Shown: positions 44,361 to 56,243, counted from the first letter of the whole stretch. The stretch: DNA of 62,180 nt, filler included, from 7 parts of 7 records of this genome joined end to end with filler, not necessarily neighbours in it, one strand, 5' to 3'. Numbers and translations are program-made. The notes: generated by a model not told the origin, from the sequence alone.

Positions 44361-45623
44361 ATGGCAGAGCTCAAGACACTCCTGCTGCTCGCACTGATCG
44401 CACCCTGTGCTACCGCCGCTCCGGCCGACCCCAGTGCGGTGGTCCCAGAGATTGAGCTGCTCGAGCGCCGCGCGACGCCGCATGGAGCGATGGCAAAGGG
44501 CACCGAGCTCGCCCAGACGCTGACGGGTAAGGGTCAGATGTCCAGCGCTCCGATCACTCCGGACATTGACGGGGAAGGTTGGAAGCATGCGAACGACGAT
44601 CTCACGTTGTGTTCCTCTGGGATCTGTCACGTCCCAGGTCAGAAGCCAACTCGGTACAGGATGAACGGAACGATCGCAGAGATTGAGCCCGGGACCAAGT
44701 CCATTGGATATGCCGCCTTTCGCCGAAAGGTGCCCGGCTCGCGGTACGGGTACTACCTAGATGAGGAGATCACCGGGGTCGTCATTCCGCACTCCGTCAA
44801 GAAAATCTACAACGAGGCTTTCATGAACACCCGGCTCACCGCAGTGACCGTCCCGGACTCAGTCGAGGAGATTTTCGGGAGGGCGTTTTACAACACTCCG
44901 CTCGAGACCTTGTCCCTTGGCAAGTCTGTGCAGGAGATCGGCGACTTCGCCTTCGCCAATACTCCACGTGACCAACCAGGCTCCAATCGCGAGCGCGAGT
45001 CTAAACTCACCAAGGTGACCGTTCCAGACTCCGTCACGAAGATAGGCCGCGGGGCCTTTGGATGGAACTATGGGCTCACCACCGTCTCCATCGGCAAGTC
45101 GGTCAAGGAGGTCGGCCCCGAGGCCTTCACCCACACCAAGCTCAGTGCGGTCACCGTTCCGGACTCTGTCGAGAAGATCGGATGGAACGCGTTTGCCGAC
45201 ACCCCGCTCAAGAAGGTCTCCATCGGCAAGTCGGTCAAGACGATCGAGCAAGGGGCTTTCATGAAGACCAGTCTCACCGCAGTGACCATACCGGATTCAG
45301 TCGAGGAGATTGGAGAAGGGGCGTTCCACTACACCCTGCTCAAGACCTTGTCCCTTGGCAAGTCTGTAAAGAAGATAAGCAAGTTGTGCTTCAGCGCCAC
45401 CGCGCTCACCGAAGTCACCATCCCAGACTCAGTTGAGGAGATCGATGAGAGTGCGTTTGCCGACGATCAATCTCTCAAGAAGGTCTCCATCGGCAAGTCA
45501 GTCAAGAAGATCCACAAGGAGGCTTTCGGCCACACCTCGCTCAAAGGCGATATCTGCGTCCCGTTCGGCTGCGAGGTGGCAGATGACGCCTTCAAGCCCT
45601 ATGCAATAGGGACGGTCTGTTGA
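44361..45623 (+). CDS. Secreted BspA-like (TpLRR/LRR_5) leucine-rich repeat protein, intronless
   Basis: Signal peptide and about 11 repeats of LxxVT(I/V)PDSVxxIGxxAF alternating with LxxVSIGKSVKxIxxxAF. Confidence 0.93.
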   Translation: MAELKTLLLLALIAPCATAAPADPSAVVPEIELLERRATPHGAMAKGTELAQTLTGKGQMSSAPITPDIDGEGWKHANDDLTLCSSGICHVPGQKPTRYRMNGTIAEIEPGTKSIGYAAFRRKVPGSRYGYYLDEEITGVVIPHSVKKIYNEAFMNTRLTAVTVPDSVEEIFGRAFYNTPLETLSLGKSVQEIGDFAFANTPRDQPGSNRERESKLTKVTVPDSVTKIGRGAFGWNYGLTTVSIGKSVKEVGPEAFTHTKLSAVTVPDSVEKIGWNAFADTPLKKVSIGKSVKTIEQGAFMKTSLTAVTIPDSVEEIGEGAFHYTLLKTLSLGKSVKKISKLCFSATALTEVTIPDSVEEIDESAFADDQSLKKVSIGKSVKKIHKEAFGHTSLKGDICVPFGCEVADDAFKPYAIGTVC

Positions 45624-45945
45624 TAGGGCTCCTCATGCAAGACCATTACTCAACAAACAATCCCGGATTGGGAAATCGAATACGATTCGTCGTTCGTGAT
45701 GAGCGCACCTGCGACCATGTGTGTTGAGACAATCATGTTGGACCATGATTGTGCACATCGCGATATCAATAAACAATTATTGTGTGCAGATAAGTATCAA
45801 ATGCAGAGCTCTGCAGAGCATTTAATTATAGAGGATCATGGGTAGTAGAATCGAGTGGGTCGTGCTCAGTGCGTGCCCGCACAGGTGCGCCGTGTTGTTT
45901 GACGGTTCTGGCCAAAAGCACGTGGAGCCGGATCTTTGCTCGCAT

Positions 45946-46045
45946 NNNNNNNNNNNNNNNNNNNNNNNNNNNNNNNNNNNNNNNNNNNNTTAATTAATTA
46001 ANNNNNNNNNNNNNNNNNNNNNNNNNNNNNNNNNNNNNNNNNNNN
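45946..46045. other. Artificial contig linker
   Basis: N44-TTAATTAATTAA-N44. Confidence 0.98.
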
Positions 46046-46050
46046 GTAGC

Positions 46051-49000
46051 TCATTGTATCTTGGCTTCGGCCACGCCAGTCGTGTGCAATGTATTTTTGG
46101 CATGTTTCCATCCTTTGTTTGCAATGACTGCTCCCCCTACTTGAGCCATGTAAAAGCTGGTTTCCTTGTCCATTTTATCGGTGAGAAGATTCGCACCTTG
46201 CAGGTCGGTTTCCCAACATTTGGCGCCGCGCAGATCAGCATCCTTCAGTAGGGCCAATGCTAATACTGCATTCGAGAGGTTGGCGCCAGCAAGGTTGGCT
46301 CCTGTAAGATCTGCCTTACTCAAGTCGGAATTGGCAAGATTTGCGCCTTTCAAGTTGCAGCCCTGGAGCTTAGCATCTCGCAGGTCAGCCCCAGACCAAT
46401 CCACTGCACCAAGGTTTGCACCAGCAAGCCATCCTCTCTTAGCACAGACCATTTCATCGTACTTGCATGATCGTAAATCAGCGTTGGCCATGCGGCAGCC
46501 CTTCAGATTTGCATGCATAAGATTTGCATCCGTGAAGTCGACTTGCGACAGATTGGAATTTTCAAGCTCACAGCCCTGGAGCTGAGCTCCTGTGAAGTCC
46601 AGACCGGCCCAATCAGAGTTGGGCAGCAATGCACCCTTGATCCAGCCCAGCTTAGCGAACTTTGTATAATCAAATTTAGCTCCTACTAGCGAGACCTTGC
46701 GGGTGACTGCTCCAGTCAGATCGCAGTCGGTCAGGTTTGCCGCATCAAGAACAGCCCCAGCGAAGTTGGATCGCGAAAGATTGGCGCCTTGAAGATCAAC
46801 CCCTTCCAACTTGGCATCTCTCAAGTCCAGCCCCGCCCAGTTCACTGGGCCAATCAGAGCGCCGCGAAGCCAGCCTCTGCGGGCGAACTCTTCAACTTCG
46901 AAAATAGCCTCGTTCATATCTGCATTGGCGAGATCCGCACCCATCAGCTTGGCACCCGTGAGGTCCGCACCACTTAAATTGGAATGAGCAAGATTTGCCG
47001 CCTGCAAATCACAGTGCTGTAGCTGTGCCTTCGCAAGTTGCTTGCCACGCCATTCCACCGCACCCAGATGCGAACCTTTCAACCATCCACGGCGAACAAA
47101 TGCAAGATTAAAAGTGGCTTCCACGAGAATCGCACCATCGAGATCAGTCCCATCAAGAGTAGCATCGGTCAAGTTAGCTTTGGTGAGATCGCATCCCGCT
47201 AGATTAGCCCCAGAGAGATCACAATTTTGCAGTTTGGCGCCTCTCAGGCTCCTTCCTGCCCATTGGACCGCCCCAAGGCGCATTCCACGAAGCCAGCCTC
47301 TCACAGCGCCGACCTCCGGGTCAAAGACAGCCTTGTCCAGCTTGGTGTCTTCAAATTTGGCACCTTCGCAGTCGGCATTCATCAAAGTGGTGCCGGTCAT
47401 GTCGGCGTTCGAGAAGTTGGCATCTTGAAGAGCTGCGCCGGAGAGATCGGCTCCAGCTAGACAGGCCCCAACCATTGACACTCCCTTGAGCTGGGCACCA
47501 GCCAGAGGTTTGCCCTTCCAGTCTACCTCTCCAAGCACCGCGCCTTGGAGCCACCCCTTGGCACAGAATTCATCTACATCGTACTTTGCCTTGACGAGGG
47601 AGGTACCAGCCATATCGCATCGATCAAGTACCGTCCCAGTCATTGACGCAAACGAAAGGTCGGCACCGGCGAGGCTTGAGCCGGAGAGATCACATCTTTG
47701 CAGTTGTGCTTGCGACAGTTTCTTGTTGCTCCAGTCCACTCCGTGCAACGTTGTTCCTTTCAGCCATCCTTTTGAAGCCCATGCCTCTACGTCCAACACT
47801 GCCTCGGAAAGATTTGCCTTGGATAAGTCAGTGCCCTCCAAGTCAGCCTTCTGTAGTGAAGACTTGCTTAGATCGGCCTTGCTCAAGTCTGCGCCTGCCA
47901 AGACTGCACCATCCAAATTACATCCAGACAGGATGGCTCCACGCAGCTTGAGGTCTCTCCAGTTCACAGCTCCTAGCACTGCACCCTGTAGCCATCCCTC
48001 CTGTGCGGCCTGCTCAACAGCGTATACTGCGCCAGATAGGTCAGCTTGACGCAGTGTCGCGTTGCTCATTAGCGCTCCCGTAAGAGACACCCCACAGAGC
48101 TTAGAGCCTGTGAGATCGGCTTCAGCAAGGTTGGAACCTGCAAGATTGCCGCCAGAAATGTCCACCTCGCGTAGCTCGACCCCGCATAGGTCCATCTGAG
48201 ACCAGTCTACAGGTCCAAGCGCAACACCCCGCAGCCAGCCTCGCTCGGCAAACACCTGCAAATGCTGATTCGAGCAGAATCCTAGAGCAGACACACCTTG
48301 ACGTCGAACCGTGCTCCTGCCAGCTTGACATGCAACATGTTGCAACTGTCGAGATTTGCACTCGTGAGGTCACTGTTGGAGAGGTCAGCGCCCTCCAAGT
48401 TGGAGCCGCATAGATCGCAGTTGGACAGCAATGCGTCGCGCAAGTCTTTGCCCGACCAGTCAGCTGCTCCAGTCTTGGCATTCTGGAGCCAACTGCCCGT
48501 CAAAAGCGTCAAACGCCAGCCCCACTTATCAGCATTTACCCAGCACGGCAGAATTCCTCTACGTTGTAAGTCGCTTGTGAGAGGTCAGCATCGTGCATAT
48601 CGCATCCAGTGAGATTACAATCGGTTAGATCGGCAGCAGTCAAGTCTGCCTGGGCCAGAATAGCACCTGTGCCCTAATCAGCCGCCTCAATTGACGTGAA
48701 GCAGAATACCACGTAAGTTAGCGCCTCGCAAATCAAGCCCAGCAAGGCATGAAGCAGTCATATCCTTGCCCCTCAGGTCGGCGGGGCCAAGCTTGCAGCC
48801 TCGGAGCCAGCCATTTGCCACCCACTTTTCGAATTCGTACTTTGCGCCGGATAGATCTGTGCTGTTACATGTAGCACTCTGTGATACACAGCAGCGGTGA
48901 GTGGACTGAGTTAGGACAACGTGCCTGGAGCGAAATGCCGGTGAGATCGCTCGAGACAAGCCGTGTTTTGACCAGCATCGCCCCATCGAGGTTGACATCA

Positions 49001-50383
49001 CGAAGCTTGGCCCCACTCATATCCAGCCCCGACCAGTCGACTGCCCCGATCTTGGAACCAATCAGACAGCCACAAAGGGCGAATTGCTCGGCTGGGAACG
49101 AGCTGTCACTCAGAAGCGCATCCACGAAGCATGTAGTGCTGTCCGCAGTGCAGCCGTCCAGTTTGGCTCCTCGCAAGTCGCACCGGGCCAGCTTGGCCCC
49201 TCGCAGGTCGACCCCGGTCCAGTCCACGTCTCCAAACCTCACCCCCTCGAGCAGGCCGGTCCGGAGCAGGTCGGCCAGGTCAATCTGGGCCCCGTTGAGC
49301 TGCGCGCCGTCCAGACTGGCCCCACTCAGTTCGGCCCCGACCAGATTGGCCTCCCTCAGGTCACAGAACGTGAGGTCAGCCCCACGCAGCTCGGCTGCCT
49401 GCAGCTGGGCGCCGTGCAAGTCTTTGCGACTCCAGTCCACCGGGCCAAGCTGAGCGCCTTTGAGCGCGCCCGACCGGGCCCACTCGCGCAGGTTCGCTTG
49501 CCCGCTGGCTCCCATGGTGGCCCCTGTCATCTTGGGCCCTGCAATGCTCGATCCTGCTGTCTCGGCGCCATCGGTGGCAGCCCCATTGCCTTGCACCTGT
49601 GGCTATGGTTACAGGCGGCAGCGGGTGGTGCGGCGCCTGATCGAACACGACCTCCTTGAGGTTGGCGTCGGACAGATCGGCCTCGTTCAGGCTGGTGTCG
49701 ATCAGCGAGGCGCCTTCCAGGTTGGCCTCGAACAGGTTTGTGCCTGCCTCAGTCAGCCCAGACAGCTGCACACCGCCACCTGTCATGTCACAGCCAGAAA
49801 GCTTGGCGTTGCGCAGGTCGGCGTGCTGCAGGTCGGCTCCAGCGAACGAAGTGTTGCTAATTTGGGCGCCGGCCAGGCTGACCCGCTCCATCTTGGCGCC
49901 CTGAAAGTTGCTCTGGCTGATCAGGGCCTTGTCCAGCGCAGCCGATTCAAACTCGCACTCCACAAAGCTCGCCTCGTGAACAGTGGCCCCGGTCAGGTTG
50001 GCTCGGGTGAACACCGCCCGCTCAAACTTTGCGCCTGTCCGGCCATCAGGCCCCGGCTAGCCCGGGCGCACCGGTCAGGTCTGCCGAGACCAAGTTTGCC
50101 GCCCTGAACACGCTCTCAGTCCCACTCACGCCCGCGAGCACGGCGCCCTCGAGCTCGGCCGCCTCGCACGAGCTCTGGTCCAGCTTGCTCCCCCGGAGCA
50201 GCACCCCCTTGAGCTCGCGGCTGGACAAGTCGACTCGGCTCAGGTCGCACTGTTCGAAAGAGGCGCCACACAACTCCACAGCGTCCAGGCACGCGCCGCT
50301 CAGGTCCACCTGCTGGAGCACCGCCTTCTCGAACGAGGCGCCCACCATCGAGGCCCCGCTCAGCTTGCACTGGCACAGCTTGG
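46051..50383 (-). CDS. Very large pentapeptide-repeat protein (5' partial, >1300 aa), 7 introns (two GC-AG)
   Basis: A(D/N)LxG-type pentapeptides run throughout. Five ORFs join in register through 36-47 nt introns. Confidence 0.92.
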
Positions 50384-50483
50384 NNNNNNNNNNNNNNNNN
50401 NNNNNNNNNNNNNNNNNNNNNNNNNNNTTAATTAATTAANNNNNNNNNNNNNNNNNNNNNNNNNNNNNNNNNNNNNNNNNNNN
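50384..50483. other. Artificial contig linker
   Basis: N44-TTAATTAATTAA-N44. Confidence 0.98.
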
Positions 50484-53400
50484 GTGCACAAGACCAAGTT
50501 CACAACAGAACTCAAATCAGGATACATTGTTGTTCCTTATCTGGGGGATGGGGGCAGCCACCCTTACACTGTGCAGTCAGTGCAATCGGACACCCAGCTA
50601 GCTACCACCGAGCTCCTTGCATCGAGCTTTTCCGATGTGGAGTACCAGGTTGGTAACTACAAGTGCTCGGGCACAATTTCTTACCCGGACACTTCGAAGA
50701 CAACCCTGTACGGCTCCTGGGCACCGAACCCTACCAAGTTCACGACGGAGCTGAAAGATGGCCACACCATTAATACGGCGGCCCACGGCACCCCCTCTGC
50801 AGCTGATGCCCGGATTGGGAGCGTTGTGAATGACCAGCACGCTCATCTCATCCACAAGTTTGACCACACTTTTGCCGATCAGGACCTCTACGTCAAGATT
50901 GGTAGCCGTGGTACCGGACTTATCTCTGGCGTTCAGGGCACCAGCCGTATTACTGGTTCTGATCCTTGCAAGCCGGGTAATCCGTGCGCCTTGCCGACAG
51001 TATTCACCGAGCAGCTTATGGTCAATGATGTCATTGAGATTCTCAACAACACTGACACCAGCCCCAACCGCGACCGGCACTATTACACAGTTGCTTCAAT
51101 TCAGGATAACGCTCACATGACAATAAACGAATGTATCCTCCAGGATGGAGATAACCAGTTTGATGCCACTACTGCATGCACTGGCATGTCTGACTCCATT
51201 CAGGATGGCAAGCTGCCTCCGTTCACAAGATTCATGATCCGCTCTGTTCATGCTCAGGGTTACCTGATTGCCAAGAAGGCTGATGCTGGTCTCTCGTACG
51301 ACTACACTGGCGATGACGAGGCAGCAACCTCAGTGGTTACAACAACAGCTGCCCAAGCGTCCACAGGCACCCTGACTTCATACATTTCGAAGGGCTACGC
51401 TGTCATCGCAAAGGTCAAGGAACAAGATACGGAATATTCCACCGACCCAGACCAGAAGCACCCATATGCTCCAAAATACGAGCGGCGGGTTGTTCATCGC
51501 GTCACTGGACCATCAACATTTGAGATCACTCGCAAGTTTTCCCAAGGCTTCGACAACGCTGCTGACGGCACAACTGACTTTCATTTTGAGTCTTGCCCCA
51601 CAGCTTCTAATGAGCTCGGCGAAACACGGACTGAGGTTGGCCCTGGCTTTATCAGCAGTGCTGGCAGTACTGAGGTGTACGACAATGTACAGTCCTGTGT
51701 GGTCACATCGCCGCAGTCTACTACGACTCCACAGGAGAACATGGCCCACTTCACTAACTGGGCTCACGTGGGATACCACCTCACTCTGAGCTCAACTGGC
51801 GTTAGCCGCACAATCACCCGGGTTCTCAGCGACACCCAAATTGAACTCAACAGATGTTTTGAGGAGGGAGTGACATTCAACAACTACGCATACTCATACA
51901 CTGTCAGGAAGGGCAAGGACGTGAACAAACACATGATCAACAACAGCTGGGTCAATGACAATACAGTTGTTGCCTCCAACCATTTCCTGTACTGGAAGCC
52001 AGCTTTTGCCACTGGTGGTAGCAATTCTCGCCAGCAGCACCCAGTGACTCAACCGAAGCAAGTGTATTCCAATGCCCTCCGTGCCTCTGAGAACAAGCCT
52101 CTCAGCGAGGGCTACGTAATTGAAAGCCAGGATGCTTACCTGCTGTATGCACCTGTGTGCTATGGCAGTGGCCGCTGTGTGGCCAAGGCATCGCACTCTC
52201 TGGTTGGTCTCGAGGGGTACAAGAGCACGGGCGGCGCCATCTTCTCATCCAGCCCCCCACCTGTCAGAAACTATGACTTTGTCAAGATTGGTACCGACGA
52301 CCCTAATGCCCCCGTGGTCAATGGTATCACCATGTACACTCAGCCGTACTACACCAACTGCAAGCCTGTGTGTACCATCACCGCCTACTACGAGGGCGTT
52401 GCCGAGACTCACACTGTGGTTGGCACCGTCACTTCACACAACAGCACTCACTTGAACACTGAACTCCCATTCGCTGCAAATAACATGAGCTTGTACAACA
52501 ACAAACCAGTGCCGGCCTTGACTAGCGATGCTACGACACTCTACGCTCCACAGGAGGGCATTTCGTTCCGTGTGCGGTATGTCACCGGCACTGGCACTGT
52601 CAACTGGTGTCCCAATGGAGCGTATGGCGAGCTCAACTGTGGTCCAGGAACCTGTTCAACCAACTACCGTACCTGCTTTGCGGACCCGGCACAGAATGGC
52701 ATCTTCAAGCTGACTGGAGCTTCCAAATCGACCAAGACCAAGTTCAAGTCAGAGACTTCAGCTCAGTGGTCCCTTACTGTCCCCTGCACAACCTACTGCA
52801 TCAACAACTCGACTGGTGAGACCTCAGCACCCAACGACGTTGCGAATGGCCACACTGCCAGCACCCCAATGTGCACATCGGATTTGACACAGGTCAACCC
52901 TGAGAACGTGACCATCTCTCAGGTCCTCTCAGACACGTACCTGACTGTCAGCACCCAGTTCAGCCAGTCAAATTACAAGCAGTGCTACAGCATTGGCACC
53001 ATCCCTGGCTTGGGCCATGTCACTTCGCCTGCAGGCAGCACCAACGTGAATGGCGACACCCAGACCCGGTTCCAGTCGCAGCTCAAGGTTGGTTACAACA
53101 TTCAAGTCGGTGGAATCACACAGAAGATCACTTCCATTGCATCGGACTCTGCATTAACCGTTGGCAGTCCATTCGCAGGAGGTATTAACCAAAACAGCCG
53201 GTACCATTTTAGTGGCAAGCTCGGCACTGGAGAGGTCTCCACCTCTGAAGGCCAGACAGAAGTGTACGGAACTCTCGACGTGACTGAGACCAAGTTCAGT
53301 GAAGAGCTGGCAGAGGGCTACCTCTTGATGGTTGGCTCCCACTACAAGGTGGTGACTGCCATCAGCTCGAGCACTGTCTTGTATGTCGACACTCCCTTTG

Positions 53401-55643
53401 AACTCTACACTATGACAGGATCGCTGGCTGGTGAGGATCGCTATGGCAAGACTTTTGGCATCTGGCGCAACTCATTCAACTATGACTCGTGCTTCACGTA
53501 TGATGTGGACTCGGATGATGACTCTGGACTCGGATTGACCAATCTGTACGCAACCAAGCACGTGTATGTGGAAGATGCATGTGAGATTAAGCCAGGGTGC
53601 TGTGGCTACAAGATTTCTGGCACTGTGTACCCCGACAAGTTTGCCTACTACAAGATCCGGCCACCGCACTCTAACGTGAACATCCACGTCCGGGCTAAGA
53701 CAACAGAGGATAACATTGATTTGGTCTGGAGGAAGGATGCTGTGCCTACTTACACGACCTATGACAACACGTCTGTGCGGGAATCCAACCCGTGGGCTTT
53801 CACGATCCCATCCTCGGCCATCACCTGTGGCGAGACCTATGTCGGGTACGACTTTGGCGCCACCATGGGTACTGCTGCAGGAGTATCCCAGACTCATCTT
53901 GCTGCTGCGTTTACTACCATGCAGACCGAGCTGGAGGTTGACTTCAACAGTAACACTTTTGGCAAGGGTCCTGGGTGCCAACAGGGAATCGATAAGAAGG
54001 GGCAAGATGCCACATGCGGGAAGGCTGACAACAACCATAATGCCAACCCAAGGTCATGGACTGGCATGTCGGCGGCCACCAGCTTTGCGCCCTCCAACTG
54101 CTCTTTCTTCTACATTGGCGTTCGTGGCGACAACAGGTACCCCCAGAAGACAGGTGCCTCAGAATACGATATGACTGTTTTCATGGAGCCCTATTATCCC
54201 AACTTCCTCTGCTCCGATGCCAATGGAAAGGACACTTCCGATGGCACTGAATCGGACCCTGCTGATGCTTGCGTCTTCCTCGGGTTGACACTGGTGGAAG
54301 ATGCTGCCTTTGTGCTGAATGAGGACGACGACCTTGCTGTGCTGCGGCTCACTCCCAACACCAACATGCGCAAGGGTGCCATGTACCACTCGATCAAATT
54401 GCACATTTACGATGGATTTGAGGTAAGATTCACCTTCAGGATGAGTGGATTTAGCGTTGGCTGCAACTCGGTGCTTTACCCATCAGGCTTCTGCGGTGGT
54501 GGTGATGGTCTGTCGTTTGTCATTCACGATGCCATTGATGGCGACATGGACATTGGCTGCTACGGTGCAGCCATGGGCTTTGCCACTATTGCTGCCGAGG
54601 CTCAGGGTGATCACTTCCAGCGGCCGCGCTGCATGGAGGTCAGCAGCCCTACCTCAAACTGCGACTCGGGCCTCTCTACCTCCGACATCTTCACGACCGA
54701 TGCGGCCACAGCTGATGATGGCAACTTTGATGAGCTGTGTGTGAAGGGAGCGCTCTGCTGGAACTACCCGAACGGCTCCAGTGGATGTGGTGATAGCCCA
54801 GGCCTGTGCGGTGCCATTTCGTGCACCAAGGCCATCCCAAAAGTGTTTGCTGTAGAGTTTGACACCTGGAACAACCCCAACATCTACGACCCCAAGCAGG
54901 GTAAGAGCAGGTGGTGGATCAATGCGACCGCATTCGTTGGGTACAATGATAACCATGTTGCCATCTTTTCGAATGACAACGATGCTACGTTGTCTGGAAC
55001 TAGCAATGACCATTCTGGCGCTGACCACTTTGCTGCAACTCCATCGATCCCTGCTATGGCTGATGGCCAGTCGCATGAGGTGAAGATCAAGTACTGGGCA
55101 GCCAACCCTGCAGGGTCACATAAGCTGCAGCTCAAGAAGAACCGTGGTCTTGGTTACGACACGCCTGTCGCAGCAACGCTGGATTGCCAAGACAGGACTG
55201 CTGATGTCGACGCGTCTCTCAGGAGTCCGGCTCCCGACCACTGCTATCCAGGCACTGTTGTCAACAGTGAACCGGGCACAGTGTCGATTTACATTGATGA
55301 CATGCAAAAGCCCGTGCTTCAAGCCAAGATCTCTTTGATGAAGGGCAGCAACGCCAATCATGTGTCTGATGTTGATACCGACCGCTACGTACTGGATCTG
55401 TTCGGCAACGGCTATGTGGGCTTCACAGCTGCCACTGGTGGCGAGCGTACTGGTGTGCACATGAACGACGCGGGTGTATCCCGAACCTTTGACTACACCA
55501 AGCCTGATACTAGTGCCGGGTATGGGGCAAACACACCTGCGCAGTATGCCAACGAAAAGGCCAAGAAGCGGGAAGGTGCGGCACAGAGGCATGAGATCCT
55601 CAGCTGGACGTTCTGCAATAAGATTGGCTGTGTGCCAATCTAA
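50484..55643 (+). CDS. Large extracellular repeat protein: tandem beta repeats, PPC-like domain and C-terminal L-type (legume) lectin domain (5' partial)
   Basis: Repeats TKFTTELKxG...V.SI.SD..L; lectin motifs LRLTP, GGDGLSFVIH, FAVEFDTW, NHVAI, GYVGFTAATGG, HEILSW; uninterrupted 1719-aa frame. Confidence 0.85.
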   Translation: MHKTKFTTELKSGYIVVPYLGDGGSHPYTVQSVQSDTQLATTELLASSFSDVEYQVGNYKCSGTISYPDTSKTTLYGSWAPNPTKFTTELKDGHTINTAAHGTPSAADARIGSVVNDQHAHLIHKFDHTFADQDLYVKIGSRGTGLISGVQGTSRITGSDPCKPGNPCALPTVFTEQLMVNDVIEILNNTDTSPNRDRHYYTVASIQDNAHMTINECILQDGDNQFDATTACTGMSDSIQDGKLPPFTRFMIRSVHAQGYLIAKKADAGLSYDYTGDDEAATSVVTTTAAQASTGTLTSYISKGYAVIAKVKEQDTEYSTDPDQKHPYAPKYERRVVHRVTGPSTFEITRKFSQGFDNAADGTTDFHFESCPTASNELGETRTEVGPGFISSAGSTEVYDNVQSCVVTSPQSTTTPQENMAHFTNWAHVGYHLTLSSTGVSRTITRVLSDTQIELNRCFEEGVTFNNYAYSYTVRKGKDVNKHMINNSWVNDNTVVASNHFLYWKPAFATGGSNSRQQHPVTQPKQVYSNALRASENKPLSEGYVIESQDAYLLYAPVCYGSGRCVAKASHSLVGLEGYKSTGGAIFSSSPPPVRNYDFVKIGTDDPNAPVVNGITMYTQPYYTNCKPVCTITAYYEGVAETHTVVGTVTSHNSTHLNTELPFAANNMSLYNNKPVPALTSDATTLYAPQEGISFRVRYVTGTGTVNWCPNGAYGELNCGPGTCSTNYRTCFADPAQNGIFKLTGASKSTKTKFKSETSAQWSLTVPCTTYCINNSTGETSAPNDVANGHTASTPMCTSDLTQVNPENVTISQVLSDTYLTVSTQFSQSNYKQCYSIGTIPGLGHVTSPAGSTNVNGDTQTRFQSQLKVGYNIQVGGITQKITSIASDSALTVGSPFAGGINQNSRYHFSGKLGTGEVSTSEGQTEVYGTLDVTETKFSEELAEGYLLMVGSHYKVVTAISSSTVLYVDTPFELYTMTGSLAGEDRYGKTFGIWRNSFNYDSCFTYDVDSDDDSGLGLTNLYATKHVYVEDACEIKPGCCGYKISGTVYPDKFAYYKIRPPHSNVNIHVRAKTTEDNIDLVWRKDAVPTYTTYDNTSVRESNPWAFTIPSSAITCGETYVGYDFGATMGTAAGVSQTHLAAAFTTMQTELEVDFNSNTFGKGPGCQQGIDKKGQDATCGKADNNHNANPRSWTGMSAATSFAPSNCSFFYIGVRGDNRYPQKTGASEYDMTVFMEPYYPNFLCSDANGKDTSDGTESDPADACVFLGLTLVEDAAFVLNEDDDLAVLRLTPNTNMRKGAMYHSIKLHIYDGFEVRFTFRMSGFSVGCNSVLYPSGFCGGGDGLSFVIHDAIDGDMDIGCYGAAMGFATIAAEAQGDHFQRPRCMEVSSPTSNCDSGLSTSDIFTTDAATADDGNFDELCVKGALCWNYPNGSSGCGDSPGLCGAISCTKAIPKVFAVEFDTWNNPNIYDPKQGKSRWWINATAFVGYNDNHVAIFSNDNDATLSGTSNDHSGADHFAATPSIPAMADGQSHEVKIKYWAANPAGSHKLQLKKNRGLGYDTPVAATLDCQDRTADVDASLRSPAPDHCYPGTVVNSEPGTVSIYIDDMQKPVLQAKISLMKGSNANHVSDVDTDRYVLDLFGNGYVGFTAATGGERTGVHMNDAGVSRTFDYTKPDTSAGYGANTPAQYANEKAKKREGAAQRHEILSWTFCNKIGCVPI

Positions 55644-55880
55644 GCCAATCTAAGCCAGACAATCAATTGCGGAAATACAGGAATATGGCGCATCAATCTT
55701 TATGTGCCTTATTCCCGTATCAGAAGCTCATTGATAGAACCATCGTAACAAATGCATGTGAACACGTCACATTCACGGAAAAAAGGTTGAAATGTAACCT
55801 TTCAATAATAAATGACAACCTCCGCCAAATTCTCGAAATAGCATAATTACTAATGTTGTTCACTTTGTTGTGGAGGGCTC

Positions 55881-55980
55881 NNNNNNNNNNNNNNNNNNNN
55901 NNNNNNNNNNNNNNNNNNNNNNNNTTAATTAATTAANNNNNNNNNNNNNNNNNNNNNNNNNNNNNNNNNNNNNNNNNNNN
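55881..55980. other. Artificial contig linker
   Basis: N44-TTAATTAATTAA-N44. Confidence 0.98.
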
Positions 55981-56243
55981 GCTGGCGCCTGTGGGCGGGC
56001 GGTGCGTGATCTTTGAGAGCCGGCGACTCTGGCACGAGGTGCTCCCTTGCCGGTTACGGCATCGATTCGCAGTGACGCTCTGGGTGGAGCGATGCGAATG
56101 AAGGACCTAGGTATCGTCGGTACAGCCGGCTTGTATGCTCGCCAATAAACTCGCAAAATGACTATAAGATGATACGTGCATAGATATCTATGACTACTTG
56201 ACAACGATCTAGCTAAACATACGAGTACGATCATACTGCATAA

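Noticed and set aside
44780-45520. Regularly spaced DNA repeats resembling a CRISPR array
   Set aside because: They are the coding repeats of the BspA LRR protein. No cas genes are present and the context is eukaryotic.
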